Source: a virus
Reading direction: 5' to 3' (one strand)
DNA: 64,000 nt
IMG/VR virus record: IMGVR_UViG_3300030106_005509
Location: 64,001-128,000 of that record
The number at the start of each line of letters is the position of its first letter. Positions within the stretch are counted from its first letter, which is position 1. The position numbers and the translations under genes are program-made. The notes under the pieces are model-generated. The model saw only the letters and a program-made list of their open reading frames with translations. It did not search any database and was not told the origin of the DNA. This document shows positions 1 to 9,552 of this stretch, in pieces.

Positions 1-2463
1 TGTTGTGAGTTTAATCCTACTCCTGCTGGATACCATAGAGTATTTGGAGGAACACAAAGAACAGACTATATCACTTGTGCCGTAGCTAACGAATTAACAT
101 CACGTTACGATGGCGGTCCTTATGGTCTTGGAGGTACTCAAATTCCTGATGGTAGATTCATAAACCTACAAGGAGGAAAGCACCCTGAAAACTTTGAGGT
201 TGTAGGAGCTTATCCTAATGACTATGGTACAGCTCTCGTAGTTAAGAAAAACAACAGGAACACTTGCGGGTGGCAAAAAGGAACTCCTGTTAGCATAGGC
301 TTAGCTGATAAATATGAAGCGGAGCATGGAAACTTATTGCAAAGCACAAGAAATAAGCTCAGCAGAAACTGGAATAGAGATGCAAATGGGCGAATGGTCA
401 CTAGTTTATCAGAAAAAATACCAAACGGAGAAGTTAGATATGCTAGAAATCCAAACTCTGAGTACATGGAAATAATAGTTAAAGATGGCGCTCAGTTAGT
501 CAGTCGCGCACATGCTGTCAATAATGAATTTTGGGATGCAGTTGCACACAAGCGTCCTATTGATAGACATGGAGATAATGCTTTTTCTGGATGGCCTTAT
601 GACGGAAAGTTAGGAGGTCTTTCGGGTCTGGTCGCTCCTCAAAGTGATACCAGAGTTCCCTCAACAAGAGCAAACGACCTGCATATGGAAAGGCTTGGAC
701 AAACCTATATTCGTAACGGAAGAAGAGGTTTTCATCCAACAATGTCAAACATATTAGATGACACAAAGGCTGTTTTCCTATCTGAAATACCAAAGATGGA
801 TGTTAGCTATCCAGACAACGACACATCAAAATCACCAAAGGTTGTTTATTACAATGAGATGAATATGTCTTTGAGTATTATCAACATCGAAAATATATAT
901 GATCCAGAACAGTCTTATTGCACAAACCCTAAATTTACAGACGAAGCAGATTGTAATGAACAGGGCGTTTGTAAAAAGATTGATATGTCAAAACCTGAGT
1001 CAAACTATATTGTTGAGACGACTGATAATAAAACTGATTGTGAAGACAAAGCAGCTAGCGATCCTGATTACAGCTGGGTGAGAACATCTTGGTGGAAGCC
1101 AAAATTCTTGTATACAGAGTTTACTACACATAGAAATCACGATCTTCTAGACGGAGAGAGGATAATAATAAGTGGTAGTAGGACTCATGAAGCTAAGTGT
1201 CTTAATATTAAAAATCTTCCTCCAGATCCAGCGGGTAGTGCCGGAGGAGGCTCAAGAGGCGACCTCCCACAAGGCTGGGAAATGTCTGATGTCGATCAGA
1301 ACATATGTGAAAGTGTACTCGGTGGTACTTGGTCTTTTGACTTTAGTGATATGGATACAGCCAAAAAGGGATGTCCTCCATTATGTGACTTAGACAAGCT
1401 TATTGGAAGAAACACATGTGGTGAAAACGAATGTCCAGACTGCGTATTTATACCAGCCCATTGTGAGGACGATCAATATAAGAATAAAGTAGAATGTGAA
1501 GCTAACGGAAAAGAGTGGATTGAAGATGACGAGTATTGTTTTAGGTCTTCATTTGATGGACATCGTATTGTTGGAAGTGTTCAAGATGACGAAGGCGCAA
1601 CAGTACTAAATAAGTTCACAATAGTCAAAGATTCTAGAATTACTTTTAGGGGTACATCAGCTGCTTATCGTAGCAGTTTTGTAGACATCACAAAAGTTGG
1701 TGAAACCGGACCTGTGGGTCCTGATGAAAACGGATGTGGGCATATTAATAATGAACAAGAGTGTAATGCACATACCGCAACCGCAAACTGTAAGTGGAGA
1801 AATGACAATACTCTTGTAGCTGGAGGAGAATGTTATCACTTAAGTGAGTGTGCTAAGCTAAAAGGTCAAAACGATGCTTGCTCAGCTAGTCCGTGGTGTA
1901 CAGTTGATGTCGATGAAGATGGCACTGACATTTGTGTTGGCGGGGTCACTCGAATGGATGAGCATTGGAAGCAAACTACTGCTGCTACAGATATGAATGA
2001 TGCTTTAAGAAATCATCATGGCATAAGTATGGGATCTCCATCTGATTTATACAGAGGTGAAGAGTACTTTATTCCAACAGCGGACAGTGCTGGCAACTAC
2101 GGCCCATACTTTGGTGGACAATGGAGTAGAGGTGGTGGTACTTTTAATATAAGAGTTGGGCAGGAAGTAGCTCTTGATGATTGTAGACAAGGCGGATCTG
2201 ATACACCGACAAATCTTAAATTTGTATTTCCAATGGCTGATGAACTTTGTAATCATTATTTACCAGCGATTGATACAGATATATCACCTTTAAGAGGTTA
2301 TGGGCCTTATACAGAGCCTACAATGGATATTAATAGACCTTTTGGGTTCCCTGCAAGAGCGTTTTTGCGTGTAGATATCCATGAAGGAAGTTCGCCTGTT
2401 GATGACTTTGATTATCCGTGGACAAGAGAAGGACAAGCAGACTACAAGGAGGAAAATGAGTAA
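1..2463 (+). CDS. Large Cys-rich protein, 5'-truncated by the window; likely virion fibre or surface protein
   Basis: Frame 1 is open from base 1 (CCEFNPTPAGY...) through the ORF-track start at 337 to TAA 2461-2463. Repeated D/N-x3-C-x(4-11)-W units; Gly/Asp/Cys rich. Confidence 0.7.
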   Translation, partial: CCEFNPTPAGYHRVFGGTQRTDYITCAVANELTSRYDGGPYGLGGTQIPDGRFINLQGGKHPENFEVVGAYPNDYGTALVVKKNNRNTCGWQKGTPVSIGLADKYEAEHGNLLQSTRNKLSRNWNRDANGRMVTSLSEKIPNGEVRYARNPNSEYMEIIVKDGAQLVSRAHAVNNEFWDAVAHKRPIDRHGDNAFSGWPYDGKLGGLSGLVAPQSDTRVPSTRANDLHMERLGQTYIRNGRRGFHPTMSNILDDTKAVFLSEIPKMDVSYPDNDTSKSPKVVYYNEMNMSLSIINIENIYDPEQSYCTNPKFTDEADCNEQGVCKKIDMSKPESNYIVETTDNKTDCEDKAASDPDYSWVRTSWWKPKFLYTEFTTHRNHDLLDGERIIISGSRTHEAKCLNIKNLPPDPAGSAGGGSRGDLPQGWEMSDVDQNICESVLGGTWSFDFSDMDTAKKGCPPLCDLDKLIGRNTCGENECPDCVFIPAHCEDDQYKNKVECEANGKEWIEDDEYCFRSSFDGHRIVGSVQDDEGATVLNKFTIVKDSRITFRGTSAAYRSSFVDITKVGETGPVGPDENGCGHINNEQECNAHTATANCKWRNDNTLVAGGECYHLSECAKLKGQNDACSASPWCTVDVDEDGTDICVGGVTRMDEHWKQTTAATDMNDALRNHHGISMGSPSDLYRGEEYFIPTADSAGNYGPYFGGQWSRGGGTFNIRVGQEVALDDCRQGGSDTPTNLKFVFPMADELCNHYLPAIDTDISPLRGYGPYTEPTMDINRPFGFPARAFLRVDIHEGSSPVDDFDYPWTREGQADYKEENE

Positions 2464-3047
2464 TGGCTTGTAATAACTGTAATAAAAAATGGCTTACATC
2501 TCATGGGTCTAAGCCGGACACCCACAAAACTAAAGGTTTTTTTGGAGATGACGGCGAATTACCACAAACAGAAGCCATATCTATTGACCTTTTAACAAAT
2601 AAACTAACACCATGTGAGTGCGATTTGACTGAAGATGGTGGTGGTGTACACTGCGAGAGACATAAGTGCTGGAAAACTCCAGACCTCGTACAGTTATGCC
2701 AAAAGAGAAAAGACTATTTTGATTTATGGGAGCAGGGCGTAGGACCTCTTCAAGACATGTATCAAAATGTTATGAAAGAAGGCACTAAAACTTCTATAGA
2801 AACTGCTGAGCTAGAGCAGAAAACGCTAGAAGAAGAGTATTTTATGGGAGATCCTCATATCCCTAAAAAATCTAGAGGATTGGGCGATACAGTCGCAAAA
2901 ATCACCAAAGCTACAGGTATAAAAGCCACTGTGGATAAGGTGTTTGATTCTATAGACAAAGACTGTGGTTGCAAAGAGAGACAAAGTAAACTGAACAAGC
3001 TTTTCCCCTATGGTAAGCGCAAGAAAACAAAAGGCTTTTTTGAATAA
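2463..3047 (+). CDS. Conserved phage hypothetical protein, Cys-rich, C-terminal GLGDTV...CGC..R...LN..FP motif
   Basis: 194 aa ORF with TAATG overlap and AGGAGG RBS. The C-terminal motif is recurrent in phage hypothetical proteins. Confidence 0.7.
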   Translation: MACNNCNKKWLTSHGSKPDTHKTKGFFGDDGELPQTEAISIDLLTNKLTPCECDLTEDGGGVHCERHKCWKTPDLVQLCQKRKDYFDLWEQGVGPLQDMYQNVMKEGTKTSIETAELEQKTLEEEYFMGDPHIPKKSRGLGDTVAKITKATGIKATVDKVFDSIDKDCGCKERQSKLNKLFPYGKRKKTKGFFE

Positions 3048-3063
3048 TGGTGTATAATATATT
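3048..3063 (+). promoter_or_regulatory. Putative phage promoter TGGTGTATAATATATT
   Basis: Intergenic, 27 nt before the ATG at 3091. An identical 16-mer lies on the minus strand at 60926-60941. Confidence 0.65.
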
Positions 3064-3090
3064 AGTAGATAAACTCCAAAGGAGATAGAT

Positions 3091-3801
3091 ATGGCCTCAA
3101 TTAATTTTTATGCTGGTGATACAGCTGTTAACCACCTTTCTGGCTCAGGGCTAGGGTTTTTTGGTGGTTCTTTTGGTGCATCAGTTGAAATAAATAAATT
3201 TCAAGACACTACCTTTATAACAGACGGAAATGGTACTGTCCAAGGTGGTGCAGCTAACAATGTAAAATATTCAACAGACAGTCTAGGCTTTGCTGCTGGC
3301 GTAGTTCCAGCTACAGGTTTAAAGTATATACCAAACTCAAAAGCGACTGCTAACATTAGATTCACAAATAGCACTTCGGTTAGAACTCAGAATGTAAGAC
3401 TGAGAATTTTTGATAGAACAAATAAAAACCATCCTGCTAGTGGTGTTATTACTAGAGTTTGCGAACTGATTCATCCTCAGACTTCTTATGATATTGAAGG
3501 CTCTGGAGATGCTACTTGGTGGGGAGGATCAACGCATACCGGTACAGACGCTCAGGGGACGTTTACAGGCGCTCCAAACCCAAGCGATAGGTTACCCGCA
3601 GGTACTAACACAGTGGGCGGTAGCGGCATCCTAGTACCTCTGTCGCAATCTCCCGGCCCTAGCGGTATTTTTGCAGGTGACGGATCTTCAAACACTGGTC
3701 AATATACGCAACACGACTGGTACGTTGGTATTTCTGCCTCGCCAGACAGCGTTGGAAGTAAGACACTATACGGTCTATATGTGGAACTAGAGTACCTGTA
3801 A
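3091..3801 (+). CDS. Gly/Ser/Thr-rich putative virion structural protein
   Basis: 236 aa, AAAGGAG RBS, beta-rich low-charge composition, preceded by the promoter motif. Confidence 0.6.
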   Translation: MASINFYAGDTAVNHLSGSGLGFFGGSFGASVEINKFQDTTFITDGNGTVQGGAANNVKYSTDSLGFAAGVVPATGLKYIPNSKATANIRFTNSTSVRTQNVRLRIFDRTNKNHPASGVITRVCELIHPQTSYDIEGSGDATWWGGSTHTGTDAQGTFTGAPNPSDRLPAGTNTVGGSGILVPLSQSPGPSGIFAGDGSSNTGQYTQHDWYVGISASPDSVGSKTLYGLYVELEYL

Positions 3802-3826
3802 ACAAAACCTCGTCTAGATTCTACAT

Positions 3827-3864
3827 AAAAAAAGCCCGACTCTCGCGAGACGGGCTTTTCTTTT
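3827..3864. terminator. Bidirectional rho-independent terminator
   Basis: AAAAAAAGCCCG-ACTCTCGCGAGA-CGGGCTTTTCTTTT between convergent genes. Confidence 0.85.
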
Positions 3865-3875
3865 CCATTGACTTA

Positions 3876-4211
3876 TTATTCTTCCTTTTGTGTATCAGGA
3901 TTCCATTTGACCCATCCTCGGTCATTAAGCCAATTACCTTCCTTATCTTTTCGTCGAGGGAATAGTCTTCCACCCTTCTTCATCACACCGAAGGATAGCT
4001 TAGCTCCGCAATCCATACAGCGTAATTCGTAGTAAAGGTTATCCTCTACTGTGCGAACTTGGAAGCGAACATTTTCACTTCCACATTTTCCACAAACAGA
4101 CTCATCAAATATTTCTTGAAAGTGAGCTAATTGCTCAAAAATTTCAATCTGAGTATCTGCTTCAATATCGACGTTAATACGTCCCGATAGGTTAGTGTAG
4201 TTAACTTTCAT
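3876..4211 (-). CDS. Zinc-ribbon hypothetical protein
   Basis: CGKC...CMDC, 111 aa, coupled to the upstream gene. Confidence 0.65.
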   Translation of the reverse strand: MKVNYTNLSGRINVDIEADTQIEIFEQLAHFQEIFDESVCGKCGSENVRFQVRTVEDNLYYELRCMDCGAKLSFGVMKKGGRLFPRRKDKEGNWLNDRGWVKWNPDTQKEE

Positions 4212-5087
4212 TTAACTTCTCCAATTCTTATAACCCTTGATGTTGTTTGGTATTTCTTTGTTGCTATTTTGATAGTTATTCAAATGTTTAACCATCATTT
4301 TAGCACAATCTTTGGTGACATCGTTAATACTATTGTAAGTATTTTCACCTATATTGATGAACTTCAAAATGTCAATGTCTAACTGAGAACACTTAGTGTC
4401 AATAAATTGAATCTGTTGCAAGCTGATTCTGCTATCATCTGTAACAGTAACAGATTGCTGTACAATTTCAACAATATCTTTCTTAGCTAACTCTTCAGCC
4501 GCTAGACATCTTACCTTCAAAGCTTTTCGTAACGCTCTTCCTTCTGCTCTGGTTGATGCCGTTGCTACAGGATGAGCGCAGAACAAGTCGTCTGTATTTC
4601 CGTGCCAAACATCGGCAACGTCCTTCCAAACTCTAATCTCTCCAGAATTCATCCAGTTAAAGGCAACCTTATAAAGAACAGTAGCTCTGCCCGGCCCTAA
4701 AGCGTCTGTTGCTGGAAATACCTGTTCTGGGCCAGATTCGATTACATCGCCAAGCAACAACTCAGCAACTCTTCTTAGTCCAGCACAAATAGGGTTTCCT
4801 TCAACAAGTTCATTCTTCTGAAAATGACTCATTACATAGTCGCTCCACTCTGGAGATCCGTATGTAGGACTTTCATCTTCGGGATCTTGAGAAATCAATT
4901 CGCTCTCTGTCACCTCGGTGAGAGAGGGTTCATCCTCAAAAACTTCTTCAAATAATGTTTGTTCAGACATCATTTCCTCCACTAACTTAACCAAATCAGA
5001 CTTCTTGGCTCCACTAGGAATCGCACAGTTATGTGCCTCAAGAAGTGTTTTCAATTCTTTAATAGGCTTTTTATTGTAATCTATCAT
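4212..5087 (-). CDS. Rad52/Sak-like single-strand annealing protein with N-terminal HeH/SAP-like domain
   Basis: ATASTRAEGRALRKAL helix, C-terminal ISLQQIQFI...VTKDCAKMMV module, N-terminal IKELKTLL...GAKKSDLVKL. Confidence 0.55.
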   Translation of the reverse strand: MIDYNKKPIKELKTLLEAHNCAIPSGAKKSDLVKLVEEMMSEQTLFEEVFEDEPSLTEVTESELISQDPEDESPTYGSPEWSDYVMSHFQKNELVEGNPICAGLRRVAELLLGDVIESGPEQVFPATDALGPGRATVLYKVAFNWMNSGEIRVWKDVADVWHGNTDDLFCAHPVATASTRAEGRALRKALKVRCLAAEELAKKDIVEIVQQSVTVTDDSRISLQQIQFIDTKCSQLDIDILKFINIGENTYNSINDVTKDCAKMMVKHLNNYQNSNKEIPNNIKGYKNWRS

Positions 5088-5872
5088 GCTTCTATTTCAA
5101 TTAGTCTTTTTGCCGATGAAGGGAATTTTTTATCAATTTTTTTAAGCTCATCAATAACTTGATTGAGAATATCTCTCATGCGTTTCTGGGAGATGTTTTT
5201 AATCAAGTTTTTGACACGTAGAATCACGTAGCCTCTGTTGATAAGCATACCAGCTTTTTGAGCATCTGCCCGAATATGTTTCTGTAGACTCTCTTCTCCC
5301 CAGATTGGGAGAAAGTGAGCTGGGCCGTCAATCTCTATTGCCGTTTTTAATCCCGGCACAAACAAATCGACTTCCATATTGTCGTTTGGAATCAGACCCT
5401 TCTTATGAAAGATAACATCAAAACCATGCGAGGTCAAACCCTCATATATAAATTTTTCAATTTTAGAACCTTCTTTACTGGCTTTTCTGACAGCTTCAGC
5501 AGCCAGCTTTCTAAGATGCGCTTTGTCTTCTTCCGACATAGAAGCCCACTGATCTTTAGATATCTTAGATCTTCTCTTGCGTTCTGAGTCATCCATTTCA
5601 TCCCAGAAGTGTGACATGCCGTTGCTAATCGCTATTTTTTCGGCTTGTGTTCTTTTCTTACCTCTAGTAGGATGTTCGTGACGACCATTCTCTATAGCTA
5701 CCGTCTGAGCTGTGCTACGATTTCTCAAGTCTACCCCAAGAGTTATTAAGGTTCTTCTTATTTTATTGGCATAAGTACCTAGCTCTTGAGCTATCTCATA
5801 TGTGCTTTTCTTATGGTTTACATATTGATCTATTATAAACTCTTTGTACTTTTCTAGAAATTGACTAGACAT
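5084..5872 (-). CDS. Free-standing homing-endonuclease-like protein (HTH + NUMOD3-like + DUF559/Vsr-like nuclease)
   Basis: STYEIAQELG HTH; RGKKRTQAEKIAIS; VDLFVP..AIEIDGPAHF...D..K. Confidence 0.7.
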   Translation of the reverse strand: MSSQFLEKYKEFIIDQYVNHKKSTYEIAQELGTYANKIRRTLITLGVDLRNRSTAQTVAIENGRHEHPTRGKKRTQAEKIAISNGMSHFWDEMDDSERKRRSKISKDQWASMSEEDKAHLRKLAAEAVRKASKEGSKIEKFIYEGLTSHGFDVIFHKKGLIPNDNMEVDLFVPGLKTAIEIDGPAHFLPIWGEESLQKHIRADAQKAGMLINRGYVILRVKNLIKNISQKRMRDILNQVIDELKKIDKKFPSSAKRLIEIEA

Positions 5873-6341
5873 TATTTATTATCTCCATTAATTGTTCTGT
5901 GTTAAAGTTTTCAACTATTCCGTGAACATCTCTGTTTGAATAGTTTTTAATTGCCTTTGCGTGATCTTCGCTTCTGGCTATTAGCTTGACATCATCAATA
6001 CAAAAAGCCTGAATCATAGTTTCAAAAGATTCGTCTTTCTTTCTTATCCACTCCAAGTCCCAAACGTAAAAGAATCTACTTTCAGCGGCAAAGGTTTTAG
6101 AAATTGATAGGGCTGTAGAAGCAGAGGTGGCTACTAAGGAACCATCAAAGCTCCATATTTCATTTACGCACATAGACGCAAAACTCATAGGAACAAAAAC
6201 TGAGGTGTAGTTTTCAAAAAACGCTACAAAATCGGTGTCATTGTTCTCTATATACCTGTTGGTATTTTTTATCATGTTGAATGAAAGTTGGCTTGCGCTA
6301 AGCTCCTCAACTAGGAATCCAACCTTTTTAGTTTTTTGCAT
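5865..6341 (-). CDS. Hypothetical protein, possibly a stand-alone GT-B N-terminal domain
   Basis: LVATSASTA, FFYVWDLEW, LIARSEDHA pattern. Confidence 0.45.
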   Translation of the reverse strand: MQKTKKVGFLVEELSASQLSFNMIKNTNRYIENNDTDFVAFFENYTSVFVPMSFASMCVNEIWSFDGSLVATSASTALSISKTFAAESRFFYVWDLEWIRKKDESFETMIQAFCIDDVKLIARSEDHAKAIKNYSNRDVHGIVENFNTEQLMEIINNV

Positions 6342-7281
6342 CAGCTTCCTCTTTGTTTTGTATATACCATTTTATTGTTTTTCTTATTCCGTCGTAGGTT
6401 GACAGAGGATCTATGTCGATGATTTTTCTCATTCTGGTTGTATCTAAAAGTTTTTTCATCTGGCCGTCTGGCTTATCAGTATTCCAATAAACTTCGCCGG
6501 TATAACTTATTGCTTCTACTATAATTTCTACAAGTTCTTTTATGCTGATATCTTTACCAGTACCTATATTAAGAGGTATTGAGCTGTCCTCGTATTTCTC
6601 TAAAGCTTGCACAACTGCTTCACCAGCGTCATCTACATACATAAACTCTCTCATGGGAGCGCCTGTCCCCCAACATTCGACTTCATCTTCTGCGTCAATA
6701 TCCGCCTCTACAAACTTCCTTATCAGCGCGCCTACAACTTTTGTTCTAACTAAGTTGAAGGTGTCATTTGGTCCGTATAAATTTGTTACGCAAGCAGTTA
6801 CTGATTTTAAATCGTATTGCTCCCCATAAGCCTCGGCTGCTGTTTGCAACGTTCTTTTTGCAATCCCATGCGCTCTGATTGTTTTATTCGGAAGACCATC
6901 CCAAAAGGTGTCCTCCTTTAACAATTCCATACCCGTGTCTGGATAAGCGCAGGAGGTCATGATGGAAAGGACTTTTTTGACTTTCATATACTCACATGCG
7001 TGATGTAAATTTAATCCCATAACTGTATTTGCATATAGGATGTCGGCAGGATACATTCTGTTAAACTCGATGCCGCCGTTATATCCAGCTGCGTGTATGC
7101 AATAGTCCGGTTTAGTTGACTCTAAAAAGAGTATAGTCTCTTCAATATCTAAAAGGTTTACAGTGTCAGAGTTCACCGCTATGACTTCTGCGCCTCTAGT
7201 TTCTAGGGCTTTGCATATGCCCCTTCCAAAAAAACCAGTTCCGCCAGTTACTAATACCTTTGAACCTTCTAAGTCTATCAT
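6328..7281 (-). CDS. GDP-L-fucose synthase-like extended SDR (atypical active site)
   Basis: TGGTGFFG, TSCAYP, NLYGPND, WGTGAPMREFMYVDD, KPDGQ; HxxxK in place of YxxxK. Confidence 0.85.
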   Translation of the reverse strand: MIDLEGSKVLVTGGTGFFGRGICKALETRGAEVIAVNSDTVNLLDIEETILFLESTKPDYCIHAAGYNGGIEFNRMYPADILYANTVMGLNLHHACEYMKVKKVLSIMTSCAYPDTGMELLKEDTFWDGLPNKTIRAHGIAKRTLQTAAEAYGEQYDLKSVTACVTNLYGPNDTFNLVRTKVVGALIRKFVEADIDAEDEVECWGTGAPMREFMYVDDAGEAVVQALEKYEDSSIPLNIGTGKDISIKELVEIIVEAISYTGEVYWNTDKPDGQMKKLLDTTRMRKIIDIDPLSTYDGIRKTIKWYIQNKEEADAKN

Positions 7282-8213
7282 GAGTATTGATGCCTAATTT
7301 GTAAGATTGGTGCTACTTTAATTAACTCGTCGATGCCGGTTTTCATGTCTACGTCGCAGGTAAACCCTTCGGCTTCTAGTTTATCATAACTAACTTCATA
7401 GTCTCTTTGGTCAGCGTCTGTTCCGATTTCTTCGTAATGTACGAAACACCCTGTCTTTTCTTTTACATACTCAGCAAGCTCTCTTTTTGTCCAATTCAAA
7501 TGATTAGCCCCACAGTTATATGTTTTGTGTTTCCAGTTACCCATATTCTCTACACCCATAGTAAAAGCCTTAGCCATATCTCTTACATGGATAAAAGTTC
7601 TGCGGAAATCTGCTTGAAAAATAGTGAGTATGCGATTGGTAATAGCTTGATACACAAAATCGTTTACAAGCAAATTCACCCGCATACATGGGCTAACACC
7701 GAAGCCGGTTGCAAAGCGGAAAGATACGGTATTATCTTGAGTAGCTACCATTTCTTCTGCGACCCGTTTATTAACACCGTAAAGAGATACGGCGTTCAAG
7801 GGTGACTCTTCAGTACAGGTTCCCTTTACTCTTCCGTAAACGCTTCCTGTCGAGGCGTACACCAAAGGTATATCTGGATTGTATGCTTCTCTTGCAAAGA
7901 TAATATTTCTCGTACCCTCTACATTTACTTCCGTAGCCAGCGCAGGTTGGGATTTGCAAGCCGGAAAGCCAACAATAGCAGCGAGATGAATAATAGCGTC
8001 ACACCCACGTACAGCCTCCTTCATTTGTTCCAAAACAGTAACATCTCCATATTCAAACTCAAATCTTGGGTTTGTTGCTAATGGAATAATTGCGTCACAT
8101 TGACCCTTATGAAAGTTGTCAACACACTTTACTTCATAACCTTTGTCTAATAGATGTCGGCATAGTACGTTTCCTACATACCCGCCTCCTCCTGTTACTA
8201 ATATTTTAGACAT
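7278..8213 (-). CDS. NAD-dependent nucleotide-sugar epimerase/dehydratase
   Basis: TGGGGYVG, HLAAIVG, ASTGSVYG, YGVNK, DQRDY. Confidence 0.85.
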   Translation of the reverse strand: MSKILVTGGGGYVGNVLCRHLLDKGYEVKCVDNFHKGQCDAIIPLATNPRFEFEYGDVTVLEQMKEAVRGCDAIIHLAAIVGFPACKSQPALATEVNVEGTRNIIFAREAYNPDIPLVYASTGSVYGRVKGTCTEESPLNAVSLYGVNKRVAEEMVATQDNTVSFRFATGFGVSPCMRVNLLVNDFVYQAITNRILTIFQADFRRTFIHVRDMAKAFTMGVENMGNWKHKTYNCGANHLNWTKRELAEYVKEKTGCFVHYEEIGTDADQRDYEVSYDKLEAEGFTCDVDMKTGIDELIKVAPILQIRHQYS

Positions 8214-8331
8214 TATTTCTCCTGTAAGCTACGAAAGCTAAAAATATACAAGTGGATTGCACCACCGGAAATTGCACTGTAAATAAAATTGCCATCAAAG
8301 AAATAAAACCCATGTCCCTGCCTCTTCTCAT
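8206..8331 (-). CDS. Small hydrophobic protein (41 aa), absent from the ORF track
   Basis: MRRGRDMGFISLMAILFTVQFPVVQSTCIFLAFVAYRRNNV. ATGA overlap with the upstream stop; it fills the gap. Confidence 0.4.
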   Translation of the reverse strand: MRRGRDMGFISLMAILFTVQFPVVQSTCIFLAFVAYRRNNV

Positions 8332-9095
8332 AGGTTTTCCATTGACGTTATCGTTGCTGTATCTTCTAGAACTTTATCGTATTCATTATATCCTACACAA
8401 GCTCTATAGCACAAAAAACTACCCATGTCTGTTATCTCTACAAGCTGGCAGTTGTCTTTCATTATTTCTATCGACCTTGAATTGTCTATATCAACACCTT
8501 TGTGCATGAGGTAGCATATAAACAAAAATGACTCTGGAGCTAAACCGTCATGGTCGTAGTTTTCGATTACTGGATTATCTTTGCCAGAACTTTCCTCACA
8601 TATTCTAACCGCATTATTAAAAAGACCTTTGACATCTTCTGTTTTGCCGCCAATAACGTGGTCTGATGGGTGAAACTTACAAAACTCATCTGATGTAAAC
8701 AGAAAGTTATTGGTTGTTAGCTTGTCTGGCGATGATTTCATAACCTCTATAAATTTGGAAAGGTCAGTATAGATTTCATCACATCTAGCTTTTATCACAA
8801 ACTCGGTGTCTACCACCTCAATGCCATTTAGAGATGTCGCTGCTTGATAGGCTAGGTTTGAATGGTTGTAGTACCCTTCGTATTTGTCAATCGAGTCTTC
8901 AACGTAACCTATGTCATTCTTAGCTAGAAATCTTTTTGATGGTTTAACTCTATGATGATCCCAAGTAGATATTACTATCTTCCCTACATACTTTTTATAG
9001 TTTTGTATTTTTTTGGGTGATAGGACAGGCGCTATTTTGCCTGACATGCTCAGTAAAGGTCCCTGTAATACAAGTGTTACATCATCGTGTTTCAT
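8328..9095 (-). CDS. WavE-like LPS-synthesis/glycosyltransferase-like protein
   Basis: LVLQGP, IVISTW, N..YQ..TSLNG, KARCD, FHPSDH. Confidence 0.7.
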   Translation of the reverse strand: MKHDDVTLVLQGPLLSMSGKIAPVLSPKKIQNYKKYVGKIVISTWDHHRVKPSKRFLAKNDIGYVEDSIDKYEGYYNHSNLAYQAATSLNGIEVVDTEFVIKARCDEIYTDLSKFIEVMKSSPDKLTTNNFLFTSDEFCKFHPSDHVIGGKTEDVKGLFNNAVRICEESSGKDNPVIENYDHDGLAPESFLFICYLMHKGVDIDNSRSIEIMKDNCQLVEITDMGSFLCYRACVGYNEYDKVLEDTATITSMENL

Positions 9096-9552
9096 TAAAT
9101 CCTAAGCCTTCTCCAGCCCGTCTACCTGAGTATACGCCTACATAATCTGAACATATGGCGTGGCAGTCAGATATAGTGTCCATTGATATTAATTCTGGTT
9201 TCATACATATCACATTTTCTCCAGTCGCGTATCCGGGATAGCTTATAATCAAACCTCTGCTCGTGATAGTATAGTAATCTTCTTGATGCCAAAAGCAATG
9301 AACATCAAGTTCAAGCAGTGACTTTAAAGCATCTAAATTCTTTGCGTGAACTAACAGGTTTTTCTTTTTTAAATAGGATTCGTCTACTCCATACATAGGA
9401 CCGTCGTGACCTAAAAACCAACTATCTTTTATTTTCCACACATCTATTTCTACATGGTAGTTATCTTCGATAGCAGAATCTATATAGATAGGATTGTTTT
9501 CAAGTTTAGGTTCTGGCCCAAAGGTGTTGCCTCTGTGTGATATCAATATCAT
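9082..9552 (-). CDS. Short GDPD/PLC-like phosphodiesterase-fold protein
   Basis: MILISHRGN, EN.P, VEIDVW, LGHD, HAKN, AICSD. Confidence 0.7.
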   Translation of the reverse strand: MILISHRGNTFGPEPKLENNPIYIDSAIEDNYHVEIDVWKIKDSWFLGHDGPMYGVDESYLKKKNLLVHAKNLDALKSLLELDVHCFWHQEDYYTITSRGLIISYPGYATGENVICMKPELISMDTISDCHAICSDYVGVYSGRRAGEGLGFNETR

